Shown: positions 35,199-47,581, numbered from the stretch's first letter. The stretch is DNA of 64,000 nucleotides from Rhynchopus sp. YZ270_cl-10 (GCA_964035575.1 OZ037845.1:1054001-1118000), one strand, 5' to 3'. Numbers and translations: made by a program. The notes: generated by a model from the sequence alone, not told the origin.

Positions 35199-35843
35199 AT
35201 GGCACCGACCCTGAAGCTTGTCTACTTCGGCGTCCCCGCGAAGCCTGAGGCGACCCGTCTTGCCGCACACATCGGTGGCCTTGCGCTTGAGGACGAGCAC
35301 ATTGACTTCCCGACGTGGGGAGCGAGTCTGAAGGCGAAGGTGGCACCGCAACAACTGCCGCTTCTGCACGTGGACGGGGAGGTGGTGGGACAGAGCAACG
35401 CAATCCTGCGCTACGTCGGGAGACTGACGAACCTGTACCCCAAGGATGCACGTGCGGCGCTGAGTGTGGACGAGATCATTGACTACGCGGATGAGCTCTT
35501 CACAGTTCTGCGCAAGTCGTTTGCGATCGAGGACGAGGACGAGAAGAAGGCCTTCCGTGTGACTGCCATTGCTGAGGGTGGGGACTTCCACAAGTGGCTT
35601 GTCTTCCTGGACTCGCGTCTTGCGGGGAAGAAGTACGCTGTGGGTGACTCCCTGACAGTGGCAGACTTGGTCATCTTCACATATGCACAGTTCCTTGTGT
35701 CTGGGTTCCTTGACGGTGTCCCGTCGGACGCACTGGTGTCGTTCAAGAACCTTGCTGCACACAAGGCTGTGGTTGCAAACCACCCGAAGGTGAAGGAGTA
35801 CTACGCGTCTGCGGAGGGCCTCCGTGCTGTTTTGAAGGCATGA
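35199..35843 (+). CDS. Glutathione S-transferase, copy 2
   Basis: Paralogue of 31177-31821. Confidence 0.92.
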   Translation: MAPTLKLVYFGVPAKPEATRLAAHIGGLALEDEHIDFPTWGASLKAKVAPQQLPLLHVDGEVVGQSNAILRYVGRLTNLYPKDARAALSVDEIIDYADELFTVLRKSFAIEDEDEKKAFRVTAIAEGGDFHKWLVFLDSRLAGKKYAVGDSLTVADLVIFTYAQFLVSGFLDGVPSDALVSFKNLAAHKAVVANHPKVKEYYASAEGLRAVLKA

Positions 35844-36163
35844 GCTGATTTGTGTCTTGGGGCCTTTTGGTGATGTCTGCCACTTTCACCTTCACTTTGA
35901 CTTTCATATTTTTTGGACAGGGTCGGGAAGGAAGGAAGGGATGTACAATGTGTCGTCCACTTCCTGCTCATCCTGTTATTGTGGAGACATTGAGCTAGCT
36001 TTGTTCTCCACACCTTGGGTTTTCTAATCGTGTGTGTGCGTCCACGAGGCGTCTGCACGTTACCGTTCACAACTTTGCTTTCCTTTTTTTACTGTGTTTC
36101 CAAAACACATCTTCTCTTCGCCAGCTTACTCCTTTTGCTTTTTTGGGTGTTTCTTCTACCTTT

Positions 36164-36235
36164 TGGTGCGGCGTTTGCCTTCCCCCTTATGATGTGTTTG
36201 ACATCAGAAAGGGGAAGCGGAAGACACCAAGAGTG
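36164..36235 (+). ncRNA. Putative single-hairpin AGA-box snoRNA (family I, single copy)
   Basis: tggtg/cacca basal stem, internal pocket, cttcccc/ggggaag and tgatgt/acatca stems, then AGA plus 3 nt. Confidence 0.5.
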
Positions 36236-36355
36236 ACGAACAACATTGTTTATCCACACTTTTCTCCACGTCACAAAGTGATGTACAAAACAAACGACAC
36301 CAACCCCCATGTTTTGATACTCGATTACTTCATTACGACCACTGCAGCTTCGGAA

Positions 36356-36947
36356 GTGATGAAAACCACTGATATGCCGCCCCAGTCGGAGCTCCACGAG
36401 CGATGCCCGAATAGGCTTTACAATACCTTAGGACACCTCTGATCTCTCTTCTGCCTCGAAACACGTTGACACGAAAGCATGATGAAAACCTTTTAATTGT
36501 CAGTGCTGGCACCAATGTGAGTCTCGACCATGAGCACATACTTTAACCGCTTTGTCTGAAACACTTCTGTTCCACCTTTCCACCCCTCCTCTGTTGTGCA
36601 TGATGAAATCCTGGAACCGCCCTAGCCAAGCCGAAGCAACGCTGTGGATACATTCCAACCTCACCTGACTGCTGACACAACACAAACCACTCTCCTCTTT
36701 ATCCGCCTTGCAAGGCTCCTCTACCCACTCTGCACATAGAAAGCAATGATGATAAACTTGGCATTTGGATTGAAGCCTCGGCTGTTGAAACCAAAACCTT
36801 TCTACCTTAACATATCTTGCTGAGCACACTTCCGTCTCCACACAGCAACATGATGCACAAAACACAACCATTCGGCCAGAGGTGGCCAACAAAGTCACGG
36901 CACCCTCGGTGGGGCTTGAAAAATTATGTCAAACTCAACAGGTCTGA
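36356..36947 (+). ncRNA. snoRNA cassette 4 (reordered): F 36356-36442, G 36479-36559, H 36600-36675, C 36746-36823, D 36850-36947
   Basis: Copies of F, G, C and D plus the unique H. Confidence 0.85.
36600..36675 (+). ncRNA. Box C/D snoRNA family H (double guide next to the LSU P-loop)
   Basis: ATGATGA; CCGCCCTAGCCAA before CCGA complements UUGGCUGGGGCGG; CCTCACCTGAC before CTGA complements GUCAGGUGGGG. Confidence 0.75.
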
Positions 36948-37104
36948 TTGTTGCTGCTCTCCTCTTTTGAACACAACCACTTCACATGACACGATAATGC
37001 ACAGAGTTGCTGTTCTGTCTTCTATACCATCACTTCACATAACCCCACCTCTTCGCCTACTACTAAACTACACTCAGCCTCCAACCTAGAGGGTATTTGA
37101 CACT

Positions 37105-37974
37105 ATGCGCACGTTGTTGACTGTGGTGGTCTTGTTGTGCGTGGGATGTACACAGGGTGAGTTTGTGAGGTGCACGACCACTGCAGGCAACTTTACGCTT
37201 GCTGTGCAGAAGAAATGGGCACCGATCGGCGCAGCACGTTTCATTGAGTTGGTGAAGGTGGGCTTCTTCGACAACCAGCTCCTGTACCGCGCTGTCAAGA
37301 ACTTCGTATTTCAGTTTGGTATCTCCTCTGATCCTGCTGTGCAGGCTGAATGGAAGGATAAAATTATTGAGGACGACCGCCATGGGGTTACAGAGTTTCG
37401 ACGTGGTGTGATGTCCTTTGCTGGACACGGCAAAAAATCACGGTCAACTCACGTCTTCTTTTGCGATGGAAAGAAAAGTCTTGGGAAAGACCCAAAAAAT
37501 GCGCACGAAGTTCCGTTTGCTTACATCTACAATGGATATGAGATGGAGGCTTTCATGGACAATGTGCACACTGGGTATGGGGATTTGAGCAAGGCTCAGA
37601 CGATGTTTATGAGTGAGGGGGATTCGATATTTGAGGAGCACTTTCCTGATTTGACAAGAATTCATGAGTGCAAGATGATGCCCGCAAAGGAGGCTCTGGC
37701 ATTAGATGAGAAGACAACAAAGGAGTTCAAACAGGCAGCCATCGACAAGAAGGCAAGAGAAGAAAGAGAAGAAGCAGAACGCATACAAGCAGAGGAAGAC
37801 GCCATCGCACATGACGCCATGGTCCTCAAGCGCATTTCACTCATCATCGACAAAAAGTCGCCCGGAATGAAGAAGAAACTTCCCAAAATGCTCGAAGCCT
37901 GGTCCGGCCGCGAAACCGCCCTTCTCGAGAAACTCGAGAAAAAACACGATCTCTCCAGAGACGATGAACTATGA
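37105..37974 (+). CDS. Cyclophilin-type PPIase-like protein, secretory/ER
   Basis: Signal peptide, WAPIGAARF..GFF..YRAVKNFVFQFG, RGVMSFAG, C-terminal DDEL. Confidence 0.88.
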   Translation: MRTLLTVVVLLCVGCTQGEFVRCTTTAGNFTLAVQKKWAPIGAARFIELVKVGFFDNQLLYRAVKNFVFQFGISSDPAVQAEWKDKIIEDDRHGVTEFRRGVMSFAGHGKKSRSTHVFFCDGKKSLGKDPKNAHEVPFAYIYNGYEMEAFMDNVHTGYGDLSKAQTMFMSEGDSIFEEHFPDLTRIHECKMMPAKEALALDEKTTKEFKQAAIDKKAREEREEAERIQAEEDAIAHDAMVLKRISLIIDKKSPGMKKKLPKMLEAWSGRETALLEKLEKKHDLSRDDEL

Positions 37975-38173
37975 GTTTTATGAAAAGAAAACGTCTTCTT
38001 TACCACTACACGCCCCCACCTTTGTTCCTTTTTTTGGGGGACGGCGAAACTGCAGGGTACCTTTTTTTGGCGTTTAGGGTGTAACGAACAGTATTAAAAA
38101 AAGCGTCCTTTTTCTCTTCTGCTGAAATCTGAGAAAACATTACACCCAGATATACACAAGAGCCCACACAACC

Positions 38174-39293
38174 ATGAAGGTCCTCGTATACGGGCATGGT
38201 GGGTGGATTGGCACTCAGCTTTGCGACATTATCAAGGCTAAGGGTCATGAAGCGCTTCCCTCTAAGGTTCGTGCCGACAACGAAGAGGACGTTGAGAAGG
38301 AGCTCAACGAGCTCAAGCCAGACCGCGTCATTAGTTTGATTGGGCGCACCAGGGGTGGGGAGTTTAACACAATCGACTATTTGGAGCAGAAGGGCAAACT
38401 TGTCGAGAACATGCGGGACAACCTTTGGGGGCCAATGGTACTCTGCCTTTTGTGCAAGAAGCTTGACATTCACTTTACCTACATGGGAACGGGGTGCATC
38501 TTTCACTACGACGATGAACACAAGATCGGTGGTAAAGGGTTCACCGAGGAGAGTCTCCCGAACTTCTTTGGGTCTGGCTACTCCACATGCAAAGGCTTCA
38601 CGGACCGTCTGATGCATATGTACGGCGACTCTGCACTCAATATCAGAATCCGCATGCCCATCACCCCTGACCACTCCCCCTACAACTTCATCACCAAAAT
38701 CGTCAAATACCAAAAGGTCATCAACATCCCGAACTCCATGACAGTTCTGACCGAGTTGATACCAGTTCTCGTTGATTTATCTCTGAAGAAGGAGGTAGGG
38801 ACTATCAATTTGACCAACCCTGGTATGAAAAGAGTGAAAAATTATAACAAAAAATTGAAGCAGTATAGTGTATACGGAATTTGTTTAGAATAACACCACC
38901 CCACTCCAACAGGTGCCATCAGCCACAACGAGGTGCTTGAACTGTACAAGAAGCACGTTGACCCAGACTTCTTCTACGACAACTTTACGCTGGAGGAGCA
39001 GGACAAAATCCTTCTCAGTGGTATGTTGCAAGGGAATGAATCTGAATTATGATGGTGATTGTTTTTCCTGGGGTTTTTAGACCGATCAATTTCTATTACA
39101 GGACGCTCGAACAACCTTCTTGAGACGGACAGACTCAAGGCAACGGTTCCTGGGGTTGACGACATCCACACTGCTGTCGAGAAAGTATGTGATTACACAG
39201 TGATTGTCTTTTCTATGTTACTTCCCACCAAAGGTTTGCATCCAAATGGCAAAGGACCACGGCAAGATCGAGCACGGCAAGACCAGAAGCTGA
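38174..39293 (+). CDS. NDP-4-keto-6-deoxyglucose 3,5-epimerase/4-reductase (UER1/NRS-ER-like); exons 38174-38822, 38913-39020, 39102-39184, 39234-39293
   Basis: VYGHGGWIG, GRTRG..TIDYLE, GTGCIF, PNFFGSGYS..K, RIRMPI, NIPNSMTVL, TNPG|AISHNEVL, RSNNLL. Confidence 0.9.
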
Positions 39294-39702
39294 TACCGCA
39301 ATCTATAAGAAAAAGGCCAGGGGTTTGTTACAAAAGTACTCCCAGGGTGCACATTCCCCCCCTCCCCAGTCAGGGTTCGATCCACTCCCTGCCGGTCACA
39401 TTACCGTATTGCGGTGTTTTTATTGTTGGGACATTTGTCCCTGGCACAGCAGGGGGGGTAGGGGCGGGGTTTCTAGTGAACGCCATAGTTTCATTTCTTG
39501 GCTTGTTTCAGCTTGGCTGGTCAATGTGATACCTTTCCTCTCTTTTTGCTTGGTGATGTTGTGTGGATGTTTTCCTCAAAGTTGCGCATGACCTGTGGGA
39601 GGCTAGCTTCTCCCTTAAGGTTGGGACAGGGAATTCCACATTACAATGTACTAGCGCGGGCTTTTCTTACCCAACACAACGAACATTTGATTGTTACTAT
39701 AT

Positions 39703-40478
39703 ATAATTATTGGGTAATTATTACCCCATAATTACACGCAGGTGTGTTTTTTGTCACGAGTGACCTAAACCCACGAGCGAAGCGAGTGGGTTTAGGGAAC
39801 AAGTGACAAAAAACACACCTAAGTGTAATTATCTGGTAATAATTTCACATAATTAGTTTTTTTTTTATCGTGCAATTTTTGACGAGTGTACAAATCCGGC
39901 GAGTCCCCGTCACCCTCCAGTCACTGTATGTCGATGATGGGAGGGTGTATGTGGGGTGTATGGGAAATGTGCCGAAGTATGGATGTTGAACCGAAAAAGT
40001 GGGAGAGGGTATAATTATTTGTGATCATTCTTGGTTTGGGGTTGGCAATCACATTTCAACAAGTTGGTACCAACTGTCTATCCTTGGACGATGCGAAGCG
40101 TGAAGTTGAGGTTTCCGGTGTGTTTTTCTGGGATTTTTTTTTTTTTTTGGCGGATAATCAAAAACGTGTTTGAGGGGCCTAGAACTGCTCAAATGGGTCA
40201 AATTTTGCTTTGAATGGGCTCAAATCGTCGAAATTAACCCTTATGGGGGGGAAAAAAAAATTTGCAGAGTCCCTTTCCCTTTGGCGACTTAGGATCACCA
40301 AAAGTGGGTTTGAGCGTGTAATTATTACCCATAATTACACGGCTGACATTTTTGGTCGCAAATCGCTAACGATTCATAATTACACGCTTGGTAATAATTA
40401 CACGCTCCCAGATTATAATTTTTGGTTCTTCCTGAAGGATTTGTACACGAGTCAAAAATTGCACGATAAAAAAAAAAA
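39703..40478. mobile_element. Foldback/hairpin-type non-autonomous element
   Basis: Imperfect hairpin of about 150 bp centred on cgagcgaagcgag; inverted pair of about 40 bp at 39857-39897 and 40437-40478; repeated ataattacacg. Confidence 0.65.
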
Positions 40479-40849
40479 TAATATACCTTTTTATGAAGAA
40501 ATATCCTTCACAAAACCAAACTGACTCAACGGACACACCTTTTTTTTTCTCTCTTCTTCTGCACAAGGAAACAACCAAAGGACTGACTCTGGTCTGTGTT
40601 TTTTAAGTTACAACCCTTTTTTGTGTGTTCTTCCTTTTTTTAAATACAACGAAAACCAGAAACAGAACCTTAAAAAAAAGCACACACCCAACGCTCTCTC
40701 TCTCTCCCTCTTTTAAGTTTCATCCCCGAAAAAGACGAACTTTCGTTTTGTTCACCTGATTGAGCCAGCCCTTCTATCTAGCTTCGCATTTCGCCGTCAC
40801 ACTTATCACAAATACCCTCATCCTCACCCAGAGTATCACGCTTTGCAAA

Positions 40850-41564
40850 ATGATGGCACGCATGCTCCGCACGCCCCTCACCAGGGTATGTCGCCACACC
40901 CCTTCCCCTTCCCTCTGCTTCCATCAAAACCTTACAACAGGCGGCACGTTTCCACGGGCAGAAGGCCGACGGTATCAGAAGAGATTTGTTCGGATACGAG
41001 CAGTCCTCGGAGGTGGGACCGTGGAACGACAAGATCAGCAAGGTATGCGTTGTGCTGTGCGCTCTGGCGGGCCTTATGTTTCTATTTTATCTCTTATCTC
41101 TTATCCCTTATCCATTACCCCTCTACTAACAACAGGTGTCCCACTGGAACGACGCAGGAGAGCTTCTTGTGGAGATGAACCGTGCCAACTGCCCGCCTGA
41201 TCTGACAACGTACAAGGCGGTGCTGCGCTCGATTCTGCGCTGCCCGTCGAAGTACGAGGGTGGAGTGATTGACGGAGAGTCGAAGTTCTGCGCGATGATG
41301 GACGCTTTGGAGGAGATGGAGCACCGTAACACCGGCATGGACGCGGATGATGAGTGCTGGAACACTGTGATGGAGGCCGCGATTGAGGAGAAGGACTTCC
41401 GTGTCGGCCGTGCGCTTGTTGCATGCATGCCCTCCATCTCCCCTGCCCTCATTGAGGCCAACGAGAAGGTCGCTGCCGCCAAGGAGGCTGAGGGCCTCGC
41501 CTTCCCCCCGCACCTCACCAAGCAGGCCGAGAACCTCTTCGACATCGAAATCAAGGCCAACTAG
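40850..41564 (+). CDS. p18: Mitochondrial F1-ATPase subunit p18 (Euglenozoa-specific PPR protein); exons 40850-40885, 40941-41042, 41136-41564
   Basis: DLFGYE..PW, AGELLVEMN..NCPPD..TY, ESKFCAMMD.LEEM.HRN, ANE..AK..EG..P.HL..Q..LFD match trypanosome p18 as recalled. Confidence 0.92.
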
Positions 41565-42443
41565 GCCCTCCTCTTGGTTTGATTCACCTCTTACGGTGCT
41601 TCAGGTCCTATGGCCTTATGGCCAATATTTGAAACTGCATACCCTACCCTACCACCCCAACCCAACCCATTTGTTGGTATGAGTAAACACCAAAAAAAGC
41701 GTTATTATGTCAGCCTCCCTTTTCCCCTCCAAGAGTGGGGATTTTTTTCTTTTGTTTACCGCCCGACAGCTGTGCACAAGGCAGCGTACACCAGGAAAAA
41801 GAGAAGAGTAGAAAAAATAAAGGGGGAAACGTAGGGGGAAACCGGGGGTTCGCAAAGTTAAAAAAAGAAAATATCATGGGAAAAGGGGAGGGGTAAACGA
41901 GACAATAAAAAAGGGTTCAGCGAGAGAGTGGACAACTGGAAGAAGACTGAGTGAGGCATAGCGGGCAAGTTGACAGCAGGGTGCTGCTGTTCAGTGAAAA
42001 GTATGGATTATCGAGACAACACTTTTTGAGAGCGCGAAAAAGGAGGGGAAAAAAACGGTGGTTGTAACTAAACACCATCCTTACCTGCCTTTCTCCCTCT
42101 CATCTGGATTTGCTTTCGGGAGAGGACTAAAAATTGGGGGATTTTTTTTTTGAGGGGGTAAAAAGAAAACGAGACGACTGGCGGAAACGTCTTATTTATA
42201 AAAAAAAAATGAAAATAAGTTAGTTTTATTTTTTTCTACGCCAGAAAAAGGTTTGCTGAGAGCAAAAAAAAAAGTGTTCATCCTCCCTCCCCATACTTTT
42301 TTACCCTGCTCCAACGTTTTACCGGTCATTGTGATGAAAGGGCTTTTGTATTTAGTCAAATTTTAGTTTTGTTGTGTTTTGAGTTGCTTCACATCCAACC
42401 TAACATCCTCCATCCCATTTTCTCCAGACCAAATGCATTCACA

Positions 42444-43337
42444 ATGGACTCCGTACTAAACGTTAGCATCACCAAGGTCGAGAATGCGTCATGCAAGCTG
42501 GAGGGTATAACAGAGTGTCATGCGGTGCTCTCTGGACCACCACTTCTTCCGTTACCAGAGAAAGAGGTTCATTTGGACTCAACAATGACTACCACAGAAC
42601 GTGACAGGGCACGTCTGAAGGAGGCATCTGGGGTGATGTGCCGTCTTTCTGGTCAGCTGGCGTATTGGATTCTTGCAGAAGAACTGCCTTTTGAAGAAAC
42701 TGATCCAAACCATCTTCAAGACCTTCACCACGCACGGCATCTCCGCTATGCAGAGAAATCCTCAAAGCTTGCAACCGGCCTCTCCAGCTCCGTTCGGTCT
42801 GAAGAAGGCGGTGCTCCACTCCTTCCATTCAACGTGCTTAACCTACAAAGAGTAAAATCGCTTTTGACTAGAGGGTTGCAACTCATTGCTCAGATCCCTC
42901 CTCTCTTCAGCGCAGAGATCGAAGCGCTAAATACCCTAGGGGAATGGTCCTCAGCAGTGCTTTCCGTTGCAACCATCATGTTGCCAGGTGTGGAGGTGGA
43001 GGCAGTAGAGGGGGAGAAGAAGGATGTAGTCAGTCAGAAGACAATGGGGAAGGTTGCGGTCATCAAGGAGGCTCCTGTGATAGCGCCTTGTCCTAATATG
43101 TACCCGCAGCCTATAACAGAAAGGGGCCTGCAAATGCAGTTCCTGCAGTATGACCCAGAAGGAAGAGGGTGGATCACAAAGCAAGATGTGGTAGAAATAT
43201 GGGAAGGTTCTGAGGTAGCAAGTCTGCCCCAGTCGCGACAAAAGCTGGACGATGCATTCAAAAAATTCTCAATGGAAAGTGATCGTGTGAGCTACGATGA
43301 GTACACGATCATCATGTTTAAGCTATTCAATTTGTGA
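42444..43337 (+). CDS. Hypothetical protein with C-terminal EF-hand-like pair
   Basis: FLQYDPEGRGWITKQD and DRVSYDEY. Confidence 0.7.
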   Translation: MDSVLNVSITKVENASCKLEGITECHAVLSGPPLLPLPEKEVHLDSTMTTTERDRARLKEASGVMCRLSGQLAYWILAEELPFEETDPNHLQDLHHARHLRYAEKSSKLATGLSSSVRSEEGGAPLLPFNVLNLQRVKSLLTRGLQLIAQIPPLFSAEIEALNTLGEWSSAVLSVATIMLPGVEVEAVEGEKKDVVSQKTMGKVAVIKEAPVIAPCPNMYPQPITERGLQMQFLQYDPEGRGWITKQDVVEIWEGSEVASLPQSRQKLDDAFKKFSMESDRVSYDEYTIIMFKLFNL

Positions 43338-43498
43338 AAAAATAAAGACGGTCAGGATATGTTCACACATAGCCTGGTCGGAAGAGAAATAATAGAGAAA
43401 AAAAAAGGGTAATTTTTGGTTTCATTTTAAAGTGTCCCCCTCCCCACATAGCATATCACAATATCCCTGCAGCCACATCGTTAAGTCACAAGAACAAA

Positions 43499-44773
43499 AT
43501 GGCAGAGAGCCACGGACACTTCTCGTACAATGGACAGCTCCAGGGACACGGAGGATGGGTGACCTCCATCGCCGCCCCCATGGACAACAGCAACACGCTG
43601 CTCTCCGGATCCAGAGGTATGGTTTTGTTTTTTGATTGATGAAGGGAAAAAATGTACAACACACCACAGACCGCTCCGTTGTGCAGTGGGAGCTCTCGAA
43701 GGACCAGGCAACTGGTGAGTACGGCCACGCCAAGAAGCGCATGGACGGACACTCCAACTTCATCCAGGACGTGCAGATCTCGTCCGACTCCCAGTACGGA
43801 CTCTCCGCCTCCTGGGACGGATCCCTCCGTCTCTGGGACCTTGAGAAGGCCCAGAGCACCTGCCGTTTCGTCGGACACACCAAGGACGTGATGTCGTGCG
43901 CGTTCTCCCCTGACAACCGTCAGATCATCTCCGGATCCAGAGACAAGTCCGTGAAGGTATGACTATATTGAGTAACTTTCAACTGTGCTTACACCATTAC
44001 CATTTACAGATGTGGAACACCCTCGGAGCCTGCAAGTTCAACTTCGACCAGAACGGTCACGACGACTGGGTGTCCTGCACCCGTTTCTCCCCCAACCCCC
44101 AGAACGCCCTCGTCGTGTCGTGCGGATGGGACAAGATGGTGAAGGTCTGGTCGACCACCGAGCTGGCCCTCCAGTCCGACCTGTCGGGACACAACGGATA
44201 CGTCAACACCGTGACCATGTCCCCCGACGGTTCCCTGTGCGCGTCCGGAGGCAAAGACGGAGTTGCCATGCTTTGGGACCTCCACAGAGTATGCTGTGTA
44301 GTTCTACCTTTGTTCAAACACCAACACCACCATCACCATCACAGGGAGAGCACCTGTACTCGCTGGACGGATCTGAGGTCATCCACGAGCTCAGCTTCTC
44401 GCCCAACAGGTATGACCATTTTTTCTTTAGTTCCCACCTCTTTACCTTCTTTTCGTTTAGAAAAGAAAGTATATGAAATAATTTAGTTCCCACTACAAAG
44501 ACGTCTGAACTTTCAACGTTCATTTTCTTTCCACAACACAACAACACCCCACCACCCTCTAGGTACTGGCTGTGCGCTGCCACCGGAACTGCCATCAAGA
44601 TCTGGGACCTCGAGAGCAAGCAGACTGTTGCTGAGCTTGTGCCTGAGCTTCCTGAGATGGGCAAGAAGGCGATGAAGCCGGAGTGCATCTCCCTGGCCTG
44701 GTCCGCCGACGGATCCACCCTGTACTCTGGATACACCGACAACACCATCCGTGTGTGGGGAGTCAGCGCCTAA
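43499..44773 (+). CDS. RACK1: RACK1 copy 1; exons 43499-43616, 43670-43956, 44010-44288, 44345-44409, 44563-44773
   Basis: [54 protein letters not shown]. Confidence 0.96.
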
Positions 44774-45007
44774 GCCCTAGGCAAGCAGTACTAAGCCACG
44801 GCAAAGATCATGTGACTATTAAGGGTTCCTTTTTTTTTACTTTTCTGTTTTCCCTTTTTATCAAGAATGTGGACCGGATGGCATCATGGTGTCATTTGTT
44901 TTAAAAAAAAGACTTCCCCCTCACCCCGTTCTCTTTTCATTCCTGTATCACCTCCACACATCGCTACACGTTCATGACAGAATTACGGTCGGATTTCCTT
45001 TAACAAA

Positions 45008-46356
45008 ATGGGAGAGAGCCACGGACACTTCTCGTACAATGGACAGCTGAAGGGACACGGAGGATGGGTGACCTCCATCGCCGCCCCCATGGACAACAGC
45101 AACACGCTGCTCTCCGGATCCAGAGGTATGGTTTTGTTTTGATGGCATTTTTACGCAAAAAAGAGCCACATTGAACGTTCACATTATATTGGTGGTTGGC
45201 TTTCAAATTGGCTTCTTTTTGATGTTTTCCACACCACAACACACCACAGACCGCTCCGTTGTGCAGTGGGAGCTCTCGAAGGACCAGACCACTGGTGAGT
45301 ACGGCCACGCCAAGAAGCGCATGGACGGACACTCCAACTTCATCCAGGACGTCCAGATCTCGTCCGACTCCCAGTACGGACTCTCCGCCTCCTGGGACGG
45401 ATCCCTCCGTCTCTGGGACCTTGAGAAGGCCCAGAGCACCTGCCGTTTCGTCGGACACACCAAGGACGTGATGTCGTGCGCGTTCTCCCCTGACAACCGT
45501 CAGATCATCTCCGGATCCAGAGACAAGTCCATCAAGGTATGCCGTCATTTGCAGTATGAATAAGATTAGACGTTTGCAAGATGTCTGCGTGCATTAGGGA
45601 AGGTTTCTTTGTCTTTGTGTTTCGCAACGTTTACGCCCTCCAAAACGTCTTTGTTTTTATTGTATTCTCAAACCCCAAATTTTCTTTTACAGATGTGGAA
45701 CACCCTCGGAGCCTGCAAGTTCAACTTCGACCAGAACGGTCACGACGACTGGGTGTCCTGCACCCGTTTCTCCCCCAACCCCCAGAACGCCCTCGTCGTG
45801 TCGTGCGGATGGGACAAGATGGTGAAGGTCTGGTCGACCACCGAGCTGGCCCTCCAGTCCGACCTGTCGGGACACAACGGATACGTCAACACCGTGACCA
45901 TGTCCCCCGACGGTTCCCTGTGCGCGTCCGGAGGCAAAGACGGAGTTGCCATGCTTTGGGACCTCCACAGAGTATGCTGTGTAGTTCTACCTTTGTTCAA
46001 ACACCACCACCACCACCATCACCACAGGGAGAGCACCTGTACTCGCTGGACGGATCTGAGGTCATCCACGAGCTCAGCTTCTCGCCCAACAGGTATGACA
46101 ATCATTTTTCTTTCCACAACACAACAACACACCACCACCCTCTAGGTACTGGCTGTGCGCTGCCACCGGAACCGCCATCAAGATCTGGGACCTCGAGAGC
46201 AAGCAGACTATTGCTGAGCTTGTGCCTGAGCTTCCTGAGATGGGCAAGAAGGCGATGAAGCCGGAGTGCATCTCCCTGGCCTGGTCCGCCGACGGATCCA
46301 CCCTGTACTCTGGATACACCGACAACACCATCCGTGTGTGGGGAGTCAGCGCCTAA
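45008..46356 (+). CDS. RACK1: RACK1 copy 2 (same four intron positions)
   Basis: Tandem paralogue with near-identical exons. Confidence 0.96.
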
Positions 46357-46633
46357 GCTGTTTAACGTCAGCCCATGTCGGAGCAGCGGCGGATGACATT
46401 ACAGGACAAAGGAACAGAATCACTACTCCGCAAACAGAAATCGAAGAAAAAACATTTGACTGTCATCATTTAGGCTTCGTGCTTCCCGACCCCCACCCCA
46501 CCCCGGAGTGGCTAGTCTGCCAAAACATGCAGCTATCCATCGCTGGCCTTGAGCCAGCCGCACGCGTCAAAAAAAATAGGGGGAGCTTTCTATATTTTTA
46601 TCAAGGGATCTTTTTCTATCCAACTCCACGTTC

Positions 46634-46949
46634 ATGATGACCTTAAATGACTCCTGAAGGCACGCCCCAGCAAGGCGTGTCCTGTGTTGACATAGATTAT
46701 GAGTCTCAAAGTGCAGGATCAGCCATCTGACTACGACTGCTTGCTGTGTCTTGCTGTGAAGTTGAACCGCCGCCCGCACAGGGAAGGTGCTGTAATGTGC
46801 GCTCTATCCCTAGTCTAGGTGGGCGCAGATGCTCCTTTCTATCCGTGATATCTCTGAACACAACACACGCAATGATGATAAACTTGGCATTTGGATTGAA
46901 GCCTCGGCTGTTGAAACCAAAACCTTTCTACCTTAACATATCTTGCTGA
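46634..46949 (+). ncRNA. snoRNA cassette 5: A 46634-46730, B 46767-46832, C 46872-46949
   Basis: Copies of families A-C. Confidence 0.85.
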
Positions 46950-47011
46950 GCACATTGCCAACCCCCACTACAACACACTCCCCAACACCACCACCAGCTT
47001 TACACAACACA

Positions 47012-47581
47012 ATGTCCGCCTTTCGTCTCGCACTGTTGTTTGTTGCCACTCTGTGTGTGGACGCTAAGCACGAGATCTGGAAGAAGTTTACTAAGAAGAA
47101 GCACAACATGAAACTGCTGCAGTGTAGTGCGTGCTTGAGCACGATGGAGGATGTGGCTGCGTATGTGACGATGATGAACAGCATGCAGCGTGACGTGCAC
47201 GATGAGGGTGCTGTGCGTGAGTTCTACTCTGATCTATGCGAGCGTGCTGAGGAGCAGTTCTGGGCACTCAAGTGGACACCAAACGGCCCTGCCGAGATGC
47301 GCTTCATGAAGCGCTACGACATCGACATACAGGACAGAGAAGCTGCCGTCGCCATGAAGGAGCTGGGGCAAAGCGCCGACTCATACTTTGGGTCAGATGC
47401 ACAAAAGAAGTGGGCCAAGTCCTACTACCTTCGCATGTGCCACAAAATCCTCAAATCCATGCCCCTCTTCGAACTCACAAAGAAAAACGAACACCCAAAC
47501 TACCCCGCAGACTGCCCCCTCGAAGCCTGCAAAGACGACGAACCTCTCTATGCGCACTCCATCCCGCACGCGCAGAATTGA
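47012..47581 (+). CDS. Secreted saposin-like/Canopy-like protein
   Basis: Signal peptide, LQCSAC...LC...MC...C...AC cysteine spacing. Confidence 0.6.
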   Translation: MSAFRLALLFVATLCVDAKHEIWKKFTKKKHNMKLLQCSACLSTMEDVAAYVTMMNSMQRDVHDEGAVREFYSDLCERAEEQFWALKWTPNGPAEMRFMKRYDIDIQDREAAVAMKELGQSADSYFGSDAQKKWAKSYYLRMCHKILKSMPLFELTKKNEHPNYPADCPLEACKDDEPLYAHSIPHAQN

